Assembly (NCBI GenBank): GCA_963706575.1
Contig: CAVPNL010000003.1
Span: 480,001-544,000 of the forward strand
Origin: an uncultured delta proteobacterium
GTDB taxonomy: Bacteria > Desulfobacterota > Desulfobacteria > Desulfobacterales > JAHEIW01
Reading direction: 5' to 3'
Length of the DNA: 64,000 nucleotides
In this document: piece by piece, positions 31,101 through 41,550 of the stretch
How the letters are laid out: each line of letters opens with the position of its first letter
Position numbering within the stretch: position 1 is the first letter of the stretch
Position numbers and translations under genes: made by a program
The notes under the pieces: generated by a model
What the model was told of the DNA's origin: nothing
The model's input: the letters and a program-made list of their open reading frames with translations, nothing else
Database searches by the model: none

Positions 31101-31893
31101 TGTTAATATAATTAGGATCCAAAACGTTGTCCTGTGGCGTTGCCCCCAATGTGGTCACAACGTCACCCAATGGCTGAACGCTGGAAGATCCCTCCGGTGT
31201 GCTGGTGAAATTATAAATGGCAAATTGGGCCTTATTGGACGAGAGCCGGCCGACGGTCTGCAGGGCCTGTTTGGCATAATAAAAACGACTTTTGTTGGGC
31301 AGGGCGGCGCCATCGTAAACCGGTTCAGCGACACTGTCGCCGTTGAGATCAACCGGCGAAGTGTAAAAAAACAACCAGTTCAGGTAATTTTTTGAGTAGC
31401 GAAACTCCCCGGCGTTATCTTTGATGCCGTCGCCATCAACTGCAGACGAGGCTTCAAGAGGCAAGGTGACCGTTTGGGAGTTGATGGTCCAGATACCGGT
31501 ACCTTCCCCGCCGGTCTCCTCCAATTTGTCCCCTGTATCAAGCTCCAGGTCATCTCCCACCGCCACTAAATAATAGGATCCTCCATGCTCGTAAATACCG
31601 TAACCATTGTCATTGAAAAATCCGTTGCCGGAGACCCCATTGACCACCACATCGGTTTCGGGAGCGACAGCAGGGGTATAGTCGACGCTATTGTCATAGT
31701 CTCCGTGGGTGACCGCATGCTTCATCTCAGCACCATTGTCGATCAATATGACGATGTTGGGCGGCAGGTCATCGGCAGTTACCGCAAACATGCACATGTC
31801 GCTGGCGAACCCGGGGTTAACCGCAAAGACCAGGCCGAATAAAACGACCATCCATAAAACGGCAATCATATATAGTTTTTTCATATCAACCAT
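28169..31893 (-). CDS. pilY1: PilY1-type adhesin, copy 2; split by two +1 indels at ~30030 and ~30005
   Basis: Removing two bases gives the continuous ...DGDTDVTENRSVITGDVLHSEPLV...; GANDGMLHA, DEDGNGFVD, YVGDLGGQMWRF. Confidence 0.85.
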
Positions 31894-31913
31894 CTTCTTA
31901 GCCTCTATTGTGT

Positions 31914-32372
31914 TTAGAAACCGATCCGATAAAAGCCGGTCTCGATTTCAGATTTTGAATTACGCGGGCCATACCCGGTCGTAGTTATTCGATACCGATG
32001 CGAAGAAAACTTGCCCACCTCAAAGCCGGATCCTCTGGGCGTGAGACCGGAACCGATGTATTCCACCTCACCTTTAAATGATTCTAAAGATCCCATTGAA
32101 AAGAGTAACGATGGATTATCCTTATCCGGAAAAGCGATAGGTACTCCAGAGGTGATATTCTCACCATGGTACAAATCGACATGCTCAATCACATATGCTC
32201 TTCCGGTGTCCGCCGCATAAAATGAAAGTTCATGGATCTGTTCATTGGTGGCCGAACGCTGCTCGGTAATCGAGTTGTTCGTACCCGCTGTAGCAATGAC
32301 AGTAAGAATAGATAAAATCATGAGCACCACCACGATCATATAACCTTCTTCATTATTTAATCTTGCTTTCAT
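31914..32372 (-). CDS. pilX: Minor pilin PilX-like, cluster 2
   Basis: EEG|YMIVVVL without Glu5; EQRSATN...SFYAADTG. Confidence 0.8.
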   Translation of the reverse strand: MKARLNNEEGYMIVVVLMILSILTVIATAGTNNSITEQRSATNEQIHELSFYAADTGRAYVIEHVDLYHGENITSGVPIAFPDKDNPSLLFSMGSLESFKGEVEYIGSGLTPRGSGFEVGKFSSHRYRITTTGYGPRNSKSEIETGFYRIGF

Positions 32373-32394
32373 GATGTTGTGACCTTCCTCTATT

Positions 32395-32802
32395 TTACAA
32401 CTCATGGATAATGTATTGCATACTTACATCTTTTGCATTTGGATTGGCACAGCGAACCGTCACCTCTACGGTTTTGCTTTCGTTGGTTAGATCACCGTCA
32501 ATATCGGATTCGGTGACACGCCAATCGATGGTGTAAGCCCCCTGGACAAGTGTGTGAAGACCCGGATTCAGGACATTATCGTCATAGCCTGAAGCCATGA
32601 GCGTTTCCAATTGGTTGGCTGCCAGCGCGGTGGCCTCTCCGGACATTCGCGCAGATGCATTGGCATTGATCGATGTCACCTGCATGCTTGCGACCGCAAG
32701 TATCCCGATAGAAAAAATGGCAATCACGATCAGCAACTCAACAAAAGTAAACCCCCGATCATCAATTCGATGCGTCATTTTGGCTGTTTGGGTGTTAAGC
32801 AT
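32395..32802 (-). CDS. pilV: Minor pilin PilV-like, cluster 2
   Basis: DRG|FTFVELLIVIAIFSIGILAVASMQ; start set at ATG 32802 after aaggaa. Confidence 0.82.
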   Translation of the reverse strand: MLNTQTAKMTHRIDDRGFTFVELLIVIAIFSIGILAVASMQVTSINANASARMSGEATALAANQLETLMASGYDDNVLNPGLHTLVQGAYTIDWRVTESDIDGDLTNESKTVEVTVRCANPNAKDVSMQYIIHEL

Positions 32803-32813
32803 AAATGGGTTCC

Positions 32814-33479
32814 TTAATTGAAAGTCAGGTTTCGGCATTCCACCCTTCGCGTCAAGGTACGGCTGACCATTTCGTCGCGTCCGGCCGGCTCCTGATGGGT
32901 GACTAATATTTCAACGGTTCTGATATCAGCGAGTTTATCATCCGGAACCCGCGGCGGGCTGAGTCCCGAATCGATCAAATCGGTGTTGTCGGCATCAAAA
33001 TATGCAAAATTTAGATTCGTTATATTGCTGATCAATGCCGCAGTGTCTGCGGTGGAGGTCGTCACCGTCTCATATAATGTCTGCATGACCTGGTTGCCTT
33101 GAAAATCATAAGTAATCTCTTCCCAATTCGCTTCATCCACAATGCCATTGAAAGTGTCGCTGTCTATGGTAAAGCGAATCTTGCTCTGAGACGCATACGT
33201 AATTCCGAAATTATCACTGTCGGACGGATCGAGGCCCGCATGCCGGATGTCTCTTGCCATCAGTCGAATCGCCGAACGTAGATTTTGCTGTACATTCGCC
33301 GCCGCATTCTGGGTGGTAAAATTTTTATTGGCAATCGTAAACACACTATACATGGCAGCCAATACAATGGTTGAAATTGCCAGTACCATCACCATTTCAA
33401 CAAGTGTGAACCCCCGGTGGCTATTTTTTTGTGAGACTATTCGATTTAAGATGATCGATTTGCGTATTTTATTGAACAT
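32814..33479 (-). CDS. pilW: Minor pilin PilW-like, cluster 2
   Basis: HRG|FTLVEMV, RDIRHAGLDP, QEPAGR...VECRNL. Confidence 0.83.
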   Translation of the reverse strand: MFNKIRKSIILNRIVSQKNSHRGFTLVEMVMVLAISTIVLAAMYSVFTIANKNFTTQNAAANVQQNLRSAIRLMARDIRHAGLDPSDSDNFGITYASQSKIRFTIDSDTFNGIVDEANWEEITYDFQGNQVMQTLYETVTTSTADTAALISNITNLNFAYFDADNTDLIDSGLSPPRVPDDKLADIRTVEILVTHQEPAGRDEMVSRTLTRRVECRNLTFN

Positions 33480-33939
33480 TGATATTTCCCAAACGGTTTA
33501 TCGTGATTTGTCTATTGTTGCCTTCTTGAATTATCCCTATTGTTTCCGGCGTAACAATATCTGCAGGAATCCCTCTACTGTTAAACCGGACTTTATCAGT
33601 GAAAGCCCCCGGAAAGTTGAGATTAGCGGTATCGATGCTGACACTGGGCGGCAAAACCCGATCGAGCAGGATATTTTCACCGCTTGAATCCCAGTCTTTA
33701 TTGCTATCGACAAATATTTTGTAGCTTCTCGGATTAAATTCAATCACCACAAGGTCATTCTCGCGAATCGCCTCCGTCTTCGCCATTTCGAGATCCACGG
33801 TAAAGCTTGATACCGCGCTCCGCAGCCGGGATGTTCGGTACCACTTCAGATAAGGCGGCATCGTTATCGCCGCAATCACTGCCATAATGGCGATGGTCAC
33901 CATCAATTCATATATCGTGAAACCCGAGTTTTTTCTCAT
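33469..33939 (-). CDS. FimT/FimU minor pilin, cluster 2
   Basis: NSG|FTIYELM, DLEMAKTEAIREN, RFNSRG. Confidence 0.85.
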   Translation of the reverse strand: MRKNSGFTIYELMVTIAIMAVIAAITMPPYLKWYRTSRLRSAVSSFTVDLEMAKTEAIRENDLVVIEFNPRSYKIFVDSNKDWDSSGENILLDRVLPPSVSIDTANLNFPGAFTDKVRFNSRGIPADIVTPETIGIIQEGNNRQITINRLGNINVQ

Positions 33940-33975
33940 TAATCTGAACTCCTTGTTTAAAATATGACCCTATTA

Positions 33976-33993
33976 ATTCAAGACTTGTGCCAG
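33976..33993 (-). promoter_or_regulatory. Sigma54-like -24/-12 promoter for pilin cluster 2
   Basis: CTGGCAC-AAGTC-TTGAAT (non-canonical -12); paralogous motif before cluster 3. Confidence 0.55.
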
Positions 33994-34370
33994 ATCTGTT
34001 GGCACCAGAATATTTTTGATCTAGCACGCCTTATATTATTAATATCATACTGAAATTATTGTATATTATTTTCTTTAGGGATTTGAAATCTATCGCTTAA
34101 AACCAAAAGAAATGAGAAGCTGCGAGGGGTAAAAAATTTAATGGCAATTACGATATGGTCATCAAAATGGATGGGTCGCTCCGGAATGGGGTGGCTATGG
34201 CGGTGGGAATGATTTCCTGAATATTTATATATATAAATTTCAATATGTTATAAAGTTTTTAGCTCTCACGTCAATTCATTGGAGCCTCGAAATCGCTGAG
34301 ATTCTGTCTGAAGCTGATTTTGGAAGGCGGTATTAAATAAGTTTATAACTATTAAATAATTTAAATCATT

Positions 34371-34844
34371 TTAGTTCTTTATACCCGACGCCCGTCGCTC
34401 GATCCGGTTAGACCGCCGGCTTTCTTTGCTGATTTTACGCACCACCGGTTTTTTGCGTTCCGGTGGATCGATCCGTTGTACCAGCGATGCAACAACCCCG
34501 CCATCGATATGCTTGAATCCTTTGACGTACACCCATTGGCCCCGGCTGAAAGCGCCGAAATCCATGCGGTTACCTTCCGGATCCGTCAACTCGGTTATTA
34601 AATGCTGGTCTCCAAGGCTCAGGTCCACCACATAAATGATTTGCTCGGCTGCAACCAATTGCGCCTTTTTGGAGTTTACATCCATAATAAGCGCATGCGC
34701 TTCGAAGGGATCGCAATCATCAAAACTGAAATTTTTCAGTATATCCGATTCGGCAGGTGCCTGCAAAGGAAGCATCAGGACCCCCAGACCCAAAATCAGC
34801 ACCAGCAAAATCGCTTTCTGATATATACTCTCAAAAAAGTCCAT
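34371..34844 (-). CDS. Hypothetical exported protein downstream of pilY1 copy 3
   Basis: Signal-peptide-like N-terminus, beta-rich core (GQWVYVKG), basic tail; RBS upstream. Confidence 0.65.
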   Translation of the reverse strand: MDFFESIYQKAILLVLILGLGVLMLPLQAPAESDILKNFSFDDCDPFEAHALIMDVNSKKAQLVAAEQIIYVVDLSLGDQHLITELTDPEGNRMDFGAFSRGQWVYVKGFKHIDGGVVASLVQRIDPPERKKPVVRKISKESRRSNRIERRASGIKN

Positions 34845-34859
34845 TCTATATCCCTTTCT

Positions 34860-35005
34860 TGAAGTGGTTTCAAAACCTCAGATCAGGTTCAAGGGCAAGG
34901 CGTCAGGCCGATCGAGAAAGCGCAGCATACATTGGGTATGTGAGCATTTATCGGAGGCTGCAACGCAGCCATTGGGCCTCAGATGGGGTTTTGAAACCAC
35001 TTCTA
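34860..35005. mobile_element. MITE-like palindromic element family A, full-length
   Basis: gaagtggtttcaaaacc ... ggttttgaaaccacttcta; supplies the TAG stop of pilY1 copy 3. Confidence 0.88.
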
Positions 35006-38000
35006 AAACATTTGATGCCAGTAATAGCGATACATATCCGGTGTTACGACGGCCGGCATGCTGACAATGCCGCCCTCAACGCCGATAAAAATCCGTGCGC
35101 CGTTTTCAAAGATGGCAATTACGGGGGCGGATGGGATGGCGGTGCCAATGGCAATCGCCCGGTCTTTTTTGCCCACATCGACCACATTGCCGTCACCATC
35201 GTACTCGATTTCCGTACTGAAATCGGAAACCGAAGCACCGGTTTTATAATCTACCGCATATAGACGGCCGACTCCCCGTACGGTAGAAGCCGCGCAGGGA
35301 TCGGTACCAACAGCGCCGGCAGTATCCGGTGTGTAGGTTGTAAAATAAACGACCCCGCCATACACTCTCGGGGATGCCACCACTTTTTCGCCTGTGTTTT
35401 CCAGCCGAATGAACCAGCCCTTGCCGTCTTCTAAACTCGTTTTGACCGCCTCTTTTTGGGCTTCGGTGCCAAGTTGAATGAGATCATCGGTGACATCCAC
35501 AAGATCGGATTCATCCAATGTTCCGGCACCTGACCAGTCGTTTTTGACGGCGTAGAAACGGTTTACGACCCCGGTATCACTGGGATCGGTTCGATCCCCG
35601 GTGCCAAAAAAGATATATTCACCGAACTCTTCACCCACCACATCGGGTGCATAAAGAATCTTGCGTTGAACGCCGTCCACTAAAGAGGCCGAAAACAGCT
35701 TCTGAGCGGACCAGGTCCCGTCGGCTATTGACTTCGAATAGGTGCCGCTGCAAAAAGACATAGCCTCATCGTCTTTGAAGGCAAAGATGTTTCCCCCCAG
35801 ATCGCCGGCATAGATCCGATTGACGATACCGTCACCGTCATGATCGATGCCCGATACATCCACAATGGAATGGGTCATACCCAGGGTGGGATTGGCTGTA
35901 GCGTTAAAATTTAGCCCGCTGACAACCTGTCCGTCGGTCACCCGGACGCCAAAGAGAGCGCGGCCGACCGAATCGGTTGCGCTGGGCGCAGCCAGATCCT
36001 GGTTGTCGTCGTATCCTCCGGGTAGCAGAAAGACATCAGCCACATCCGTATTGACGGTGACGCTGCAGGTGGGGGGTGTGCCCGTCTCGCTAATGGTCAC
36101 ATTGGTAGCCACCGTGACAGCCTGGGGTCGACTCCAGGATTGGCCCAGGATCTCATAGATGTCGGTATCCGGAAAGTTTAAGGGATCCGGGTCCAAAATG
36201 GTGGACCCGATGGAATACAGCCAGGACGGAGCATGGGGGGTTGTGATATCGAGGGCCACATAATTTTCACCACCGCGCCGCTCGCCGATAATCAGAATTT
36301 TCTGACTCGAACCAATGTAAACAGAAGGTGAACCGTCCATGAAGTATTGGTGATCGTCGTTATCGAGCAATTTCAGTTGCCCCAGTTGGTACGGAGCAAT
36401 AAAGCCCCAGATTTCGCTACCGTCGGCATCATCAAACGCATGCAGGATACCATCATTGGCACCGGCATAAATGATGGTTTTGCTATCGTCGGTAGCCGGA
36501 TTGCCATCCGGATCCGGATAATGCACCACCGCCGGCTCGGAATGAATGATATCTCCAAGCCACCCCTCCTGAACCGCATTAAACAGCTCGGTTCTTTCAG
36601 TACTTGAAGCCACCCCCAGCGCTTCGTCCGTGATGAGATCGTTGGAATCTACAAAGGCATTTGACGGATCGGTCAGGAGCTCTGCATTGTCGGCATCAGA
36701 GAGCGTATAGGTATAAAGATTGCGCGCCATGGGGCTATCGATAAGCAAATCAAGGACTTCAGCCGCTCCGCCCTTTTCCACATCCGGTCCATCATTTCCC
36801 AGAGTTGTCCAAAAAGAAAGGGCATTGTCCTTGATCAATCCGTCCGCCGTGCAGGCTTCAACCCCGGTGGCGTCGTGAAGAACACCGTCGCTGTCCAGCG
36901 CATAACGCTTGATATTGCCGATCCAGCGACCGCTCTGCTGGGGCTTAAAAAAACCCAGATAGATTTTTTCACCGGCATAGGTCCGGTTCATGCGGCTGAT
37001 GGGAACCACCGGCGCCACAAACACGGCATTTTCTTCAGAAATGGCCATTAAGATTTCATCGAAAGCCAGCGCGAGGTCAGATATGTTATCTGCTGTAAAA
37101 TATTCACCGCCGCCGTTGGAGGCGGTATCCTGTAGAAGCTGCTGGGAGGTCTTAAAACCAATAGTATACGTAACAATATTTTGCTTATCAAATGAGGTGC
37201 CGTCACCAATACTGGGGTTGCAGTCGTTCTCATATAGATATTTAGCAACATCGTCCAAATAGTCTGATCCATCATCGGTGTAAACAGCTTCCGAACCGCT
37301 ATGGTCATTGTCATAATCACCGATTTTATCTCCATTGATGTAATTGGCGTCGGTCAGTCTATCGTCGATATCCTGGGTGGACTGCCCGTCGGTCATGATG
37401 ATGATATAGTTTTTCTGGCAGCGCTCCAATATAGGAGTTGTATAACTGACACCGGAATTGTACCAGCTGTTCATTCCAGCAAAATAGAGCCCAGCTTCTG
37501 CCAGCGTCTCCGCCAGCGGTGTCCATCCGTTAGCGGTAATATTACTTACTTCAGTGATTAAAGTTGTCTTATCTGTACCGATCTCGGCAACGATATGCCC
37601 ACCTTGATTGTCATTAAATTTCATGATGCCGAAGCGCACACCGGTGGTGTTATTAAGCAGATCTGTAATAACTTGCTTGGCCACATCAATTCTGCTGAGC
37701 GGTGTCCCGATACCGGATTCATCATAGTTTATATAATTGCCCAGACGAAGCCGTCGCATTTATTTTGCCGCCACAGGTGTAGCTGGTATCTCGGATTTTA
37801 GCACGCGAATTTCCGTCTAGCAGCAATTCGGTTTTAACCGAATCACAGTTAAGATCATTTATATCCGAAGCGAATAACTGCCAGATATAAACCTTATTCG
37901 CTTTATCCCAGTAACGCTGGTAAACTGCAAGGGGGGGATAGGATCCGGGTAGGTAACTGCCGGATCATACGGGTCTCCCGGCACATCCACGGTGGACATG

Positions 38001-38143
38001 CTTCCGGAAGAATCAAAAATAATCAGTATATTGGGTTCTAAGTCCGGATTGGTAACGGCACCGTATATTTCGGTATCGTCCGCCCGGCTGGAAACCGATG
38101 TGCTTATCATCAATATCAGGGCGATCAGTAACCATCTCTTCAT
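35003..38143 (-). CDS. pilY1: PilY1-type adhesin, copy 3; compensating -1 (~37948) and +1 (~37760) indels near the 5' end
   Basis: Signal peptide + ADDTEIYG...NILIIFDSSGSM; intervening frame reads GSYPPLAVYQRYW...CGGK; then TPLAETL, LGDIIHSEP, GANDGILHAF, DHDGDGIVN. Confidence 0.85.
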
Positions 38144-38212
38144 ACTTAAATCTCCTCATCCCAAGCCTGACGACATATTCCGCTTTATTGGCCCCTTAAG
38201 GCATCGGCCTTG

Positions 38213-38752
38213 CTAAAATTTGTTGAATACCTTCCAGGCTCCCACCTGGATGTGGGTGTTACCCTTGGTTGAATAAGCTGTAATTCCATAGCGACGGATC
38301 TCAAAATATTTCAAGCTGTAGCCCGAACCGGCCGGTGGCGGACCGATATGGGGCTGCAGCGGCAGATTATTGCTGTCATTTCCCAGACCGGAAACCGCGG
38401 TTCCACTGCTCTCAATGCAGCGTATCTCCACCCTGGCAACCGGTTCGCCGTTTTCGTCATTGGACAAAACAACCTTTTTAGCCAGGGTTTGATCTTCGGT
38501 CAGAAAATCGTCGGTCATCCAGTTGGTCGAACCGCTGTTGTAATTTTCCATGGCATCGATCAGCCCGGCCTCGGCATTATAAAATTCCCGGACCATCTGG
38601 CCTTCGTTGCGTACAATTTTAACTTCCGTATTGGAGGTCCAAACCGCCAGCACACCGGCGATGACCAAAATGGCTGAAACCAGAATGGCAGTGCCCAATA
38701 TAAAGCCGTGTTCATTATGAAGGGTCTTTTTCAGCGATTTAAACATCTTCAT
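38213..38752 (-). CDS. pilX: Minor pilin PilX-like, cluster 3
   Basis: EHG|FILGTAI without Glu5; NTEVKIVRN...FYNAEAG. Confidence 0.8.
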   Translation of the reverse strand: MKMFKSLKKTLHNEHGFILGTAILVSAILVIAGVLAVWTSNTEVKIVRNEGQMVREFYNAEAGLIDAMENYNSGSTNWMTDDFLTEDQTLAKKVVLSNDENGEPVARVEIRCIESSGTAVSGLGNDSNNLPLQPHIGPPPAGSGYSLKYFEIRRYGITAYSTKGNTHIQVGAWKVFNKF

Positions 38753-38770
38753 ATTTTTTCTCTTTTTTGG

Positions 38771-39374
38771 CTAGAGATTCCGGCATCTGACGCGCGTTGT
38801 ATAGGTACGGCTCACCGTTCCGCTCCGGCCTGCCGGTCGTTGCAAGGTCAGGGAAATAAGGACCGTTCGAATCTGAGCGACTGCAACGGGCTCGGGCAGC
38901 AGGTTGTCTGCCTGGTCCAGGTAGGTAAAGGACAAAGCGGTGACATGGTCCAGAAGGGTGGCGGTTAGCGACCCGCTCCCGAGATCACTGGTCTGCTGAA
39001 GCAAATTGCCGTTTAAGGCATAAATGATATCTTCAAAGGGATCATCGAGATCACCGTCATAGTTGAGATCGGCGCTAAATTGAACTGCTGGTAGAATTGG
39101 TATTGGCTGGATTAAAACCGGCAGCGGCAGAGCCCAGGGGGTCCAGTCCGGCCAGGCGGATGTCGCGCGCCATCAAATCGATTCCAATACGCGATTTTTG
39201 CTGGACACCGGCTTTGACATTTTCATTGGCATAGGATCGGTTAAAGGTGTCAAATGTCCGGTAAATCGTACCAAAAAGAATCGAGAGTATCGCAATGCAC
39301 ATCAACACTTCAACCAAGGTAAACCCGGCTGAACGCAGAGCCTGATTCTTTATCTGAATCAGATCGATTTTCAT
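38771..39374 (-). CDS. pilW: Minor pilin PilW-like, cluster 3; +1 indel at ~39086
   Basis: SAG|FTLVEVL, RDIRLAGLDP; removing one base joins it to VQFSADLNYDGD...RPAGR...RVRCRNL. Confidence 0.82.
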
Positions 39375-39790
39375 ACGCCATTCCCCATTGTGTTGGAGCG
39401 CACAATCACGCGACGGGTACTGCCGAATTTCGTCCATTCCACGGTCACACTGACACGACGCGAGGAAGTTCCCAGAGGATCAATCCGCCAGTTCCGATTG
39501 TAAATACCGCCGGGATTACCGCTGGCATCAACCCGGGTGGAATCAACATAATCACCCACTGCCAGCGCTGTTGAGTCAATGTCCTGGTTTTTAAGCATTT
39601 CCAGCGTGGCTTTCGCCAGCATGGTGGCCTGGGTGGAGGTATTGCCGGTCGTGTTGTTGCGTACCGCCGAGTACTGCATGGATGCCGCCGCCAGCATACC
39701 CATCGCCATGACGGACATGGCAATTAACAATTCGATCAAGGAAAATCCGTTATCTTTTTTGACGGTATTTTGAAGCTTTTTGATTCCCAT
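39371..39790 (-). CDS. pilV: Minor pilin PilV-like, cluster 3
   Basis: DNG|FSLIELLIAM, QATMLAK, GNPGGIYNRNW (similar to cluster 1 PilV). Confidence 0.82.
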   Translation of the reverse strand: MGIKKLQNTVKKDNGFSLIELLIAMSVMAMGMLAAASMQYSAVRNNTTGNTSTQATMLAKATLEMLKNQDIDSTALAVGDYVDSTRVDASGNPGGIYNRNWRIDPLGTSSRRVSVTVEWTKFGSTRRVIVRSNTMGNGV

Positions 39791-39803
39791 TTTGGTTTCG
39801 CCT

Positions 39804-40295
39804 TTATTGAACATTGACAAAGCCCAATCGATTGATGGTAATTTGCCGGCCTCTGACAGTATTGGCCACCGGTATGATTTCAGGTGCGAGAATATCGGGC
39901 GGTATTCCACGAGCATTGAATCGCATTTTATCATTGAACGTCGGAAAACTGAGACTGCCGGTGTCGATCTGGACACCGCTGGGCATTTTGCGGCTGAGAA
40001 TTTTTCTTTCGTCGCTATCCCGGTTCCAGTTTGGCGGTCCGCCCACGCCATCCCCCGCATCCAGGAACATGGTGTAGCTGTTTGCGCCGAACTGAACGAC
40101 AACAAAGGTATTTTCGCGAATGGCCCGTATTTTTGCCATTTCGAGGTCCGAGGTCAAATTAACCACAGCGCCCTCTAAACGTCTTGTCCTGTTCCACCTG
40201 AGGTAAGGCGGCATCATCAAAGCAGCGATCACAGCAACAATGGCAATGGTGGTTGCCAGTTCAAGAGCCGTAAATCCTGAGTTTTTTCGCATCAT
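39804..40295 (-). CDS. FimT/FimU minor pilin, cluster 3
   Basis: NSG|FTALELA, DLEMAKIRAIREN, RQITINRLG (paralog of cluster 2 copy). Confidence 0.85.
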   Translation of the reverse strand: MMRKNSGFTALELATTIAIVAVIAALMMPPYLRWNRTRRLEGAVVNLTSDLEMAKIRAIRENTFVVVQFGANSYTMFLDAGDGVGGPPNWNRDSDERKILSRKMPSGVQIDTGSLSFPTFNDKMRFNARGIPPDILAPEIIPVANTVRGRQITINRLGFVNVQ

Positions 40296-40319
40296 TTTAA
40301 TCTCCTCTGCAGGCAGTTG

Positions 40320-40336
40320 TTACAAAACTTATGCCA
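40320..40336 (-). promoter_or_regulatory. Sigma54-like promoter for pilin cluster 3
   Basis: TGGCAT-AAGTT-TTGTAA, same spacing and similar spacer as the cluster 2 motif. Confidence 0.5.
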
Positions 40337-40622
40337 TTTCGATTTTTTGGATGATCCGGTACCGAATTGAAAAAGTGTGACAAACCAAAGCGCGATTTTT
40401 ATTCGCGTTTTAGAAATGATATAAGATCCTGATTTTGTTAGTCTTAATACCTATTTAGGGTGGGTCTGAGGAGGGTGCGAGAGGATATATTATTTTAGAT
40501 TGGCTTCTACGAGGGATTTTGGAAAATGTTAAAAGGAAGCAATTAATTACAATATTGAAATTTGAATTTCGAGTTTGAAATTGAAGTTGCAAGCTGTGAA
40601 CCGGTTTCGGACGGAGCCCAGT

Positions 40623-41441
40623 TTAACCATTAGCAACAGCATCAACGGCATTTTGCAGCATCCGGATGCCGACGGTGGGACCGGATTCGGGAGTCTGGCC
40701 CAGTCGCCGGATTTTTTCCCGGTTACGGGTCCAGTCCGGGTGATTGGTCCAGTGATTATAGGCTTCCGGGTGCGGCATCAGGCCGAAGATCCGCCCGGTA
40801 GGATCGCAGATACCGGCGATGTCCTGTAAGGAACCATTGGGGTTGAAAGGAAAGCGGCCCTGGGCCAGGTTTCCGTCCGTATCGGCATATTGCAGCGCGA
40901 TCTGATTACCTTCGAGCAAACGGGCAAGGGTATCGTCATCGGCATAGAACTTCCCTTCTCCGTGGCGCACCGGAAACTGGGCCGTGTCGATTCCCCGGGT
41001 AAACACACAGGGCGATGCCGGATTGGTCTTTAAATAAACCCACTGATCCCTGAAATTGCCGCAATCATTGAATGTCAGCGCCACCGAGCGCCGGGTATAA
41101 TCCCGGTCGAACCCCGGTAACAGGCCGAGATTAACAAGGGCCTGAAAACCATTGCAAATTCCCAGAACCAGATTTCCCTGATCGACAAATTCGAGAATCC
41201 TTTCGCCGATATTGGTCTTGAGGCGCACGGCCTGAACCACGCCGGCGCCATGATCATCGGCCCAGCTGAATCCGCCGATAAAAACCATGATCTGAAAATC
41301 CTCCAGGCGGGCATCTCCGTCAATCAAAGAATTAATATGGACAAACCGGGTTTTGGCCCCGGCCAGCTGAAACGCATGGGCCGTCTCGTTGTCGCAGTTT
41401 AATCCAAAACCGGTCATAATCAGGACGTTGACGTCGCTCAT
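40623..41441 (-). CDS. purQ: FGAM synthase glutaminase subunit
   Basis: GGFSWAD, LGICNGFQ, HGEG, NPNGS, GLMPHPE. Confidence 0.93.
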   Translation of the reverse strand: MSDVNVLIMTGFGLNCDNETAHAFQLAGAKTRFVHINSLIDGDARLEDFQIMVFIGGFSWADDHGAGVVQAVRLKTNIGERILEFVDQGNLVLGICNGFQALVNLGLLPGFDRDYTRRSVALTFNDCGNFRDQWVYLKTNPASPCVFTRGIDTAQFPVRHGEGKFYADDDTLARLLEGNQIALQYADTDGNLAQGRFPFNPNGSLQDIAGICDPTGRIFGLMPHPEAYNHWTNHPDWTRNREKIRRLGQTPESGPTVGIRMLQNAVDAVANG

Positions 41442-41458
41442 TATCTATCTCCGTTCAA

Positions 41459-41550
41459 TAGCATGGCGCATAGCGCAGAGCGCATAGGGTTGCCGAATGC
41501 TGAAAAAAGTCACATTTTTTACGCTATGCTCTATGCGCTTTGCGCTTTGC
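41459..41550. repeat. Palindromic heptamer repeat (GCGCATA-type)
   Basis: gcatggcgcatagcgcagagcgcatag ... ctatgctctatgcgctttgcgc between purL and purQ. Confidence 0.7.
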
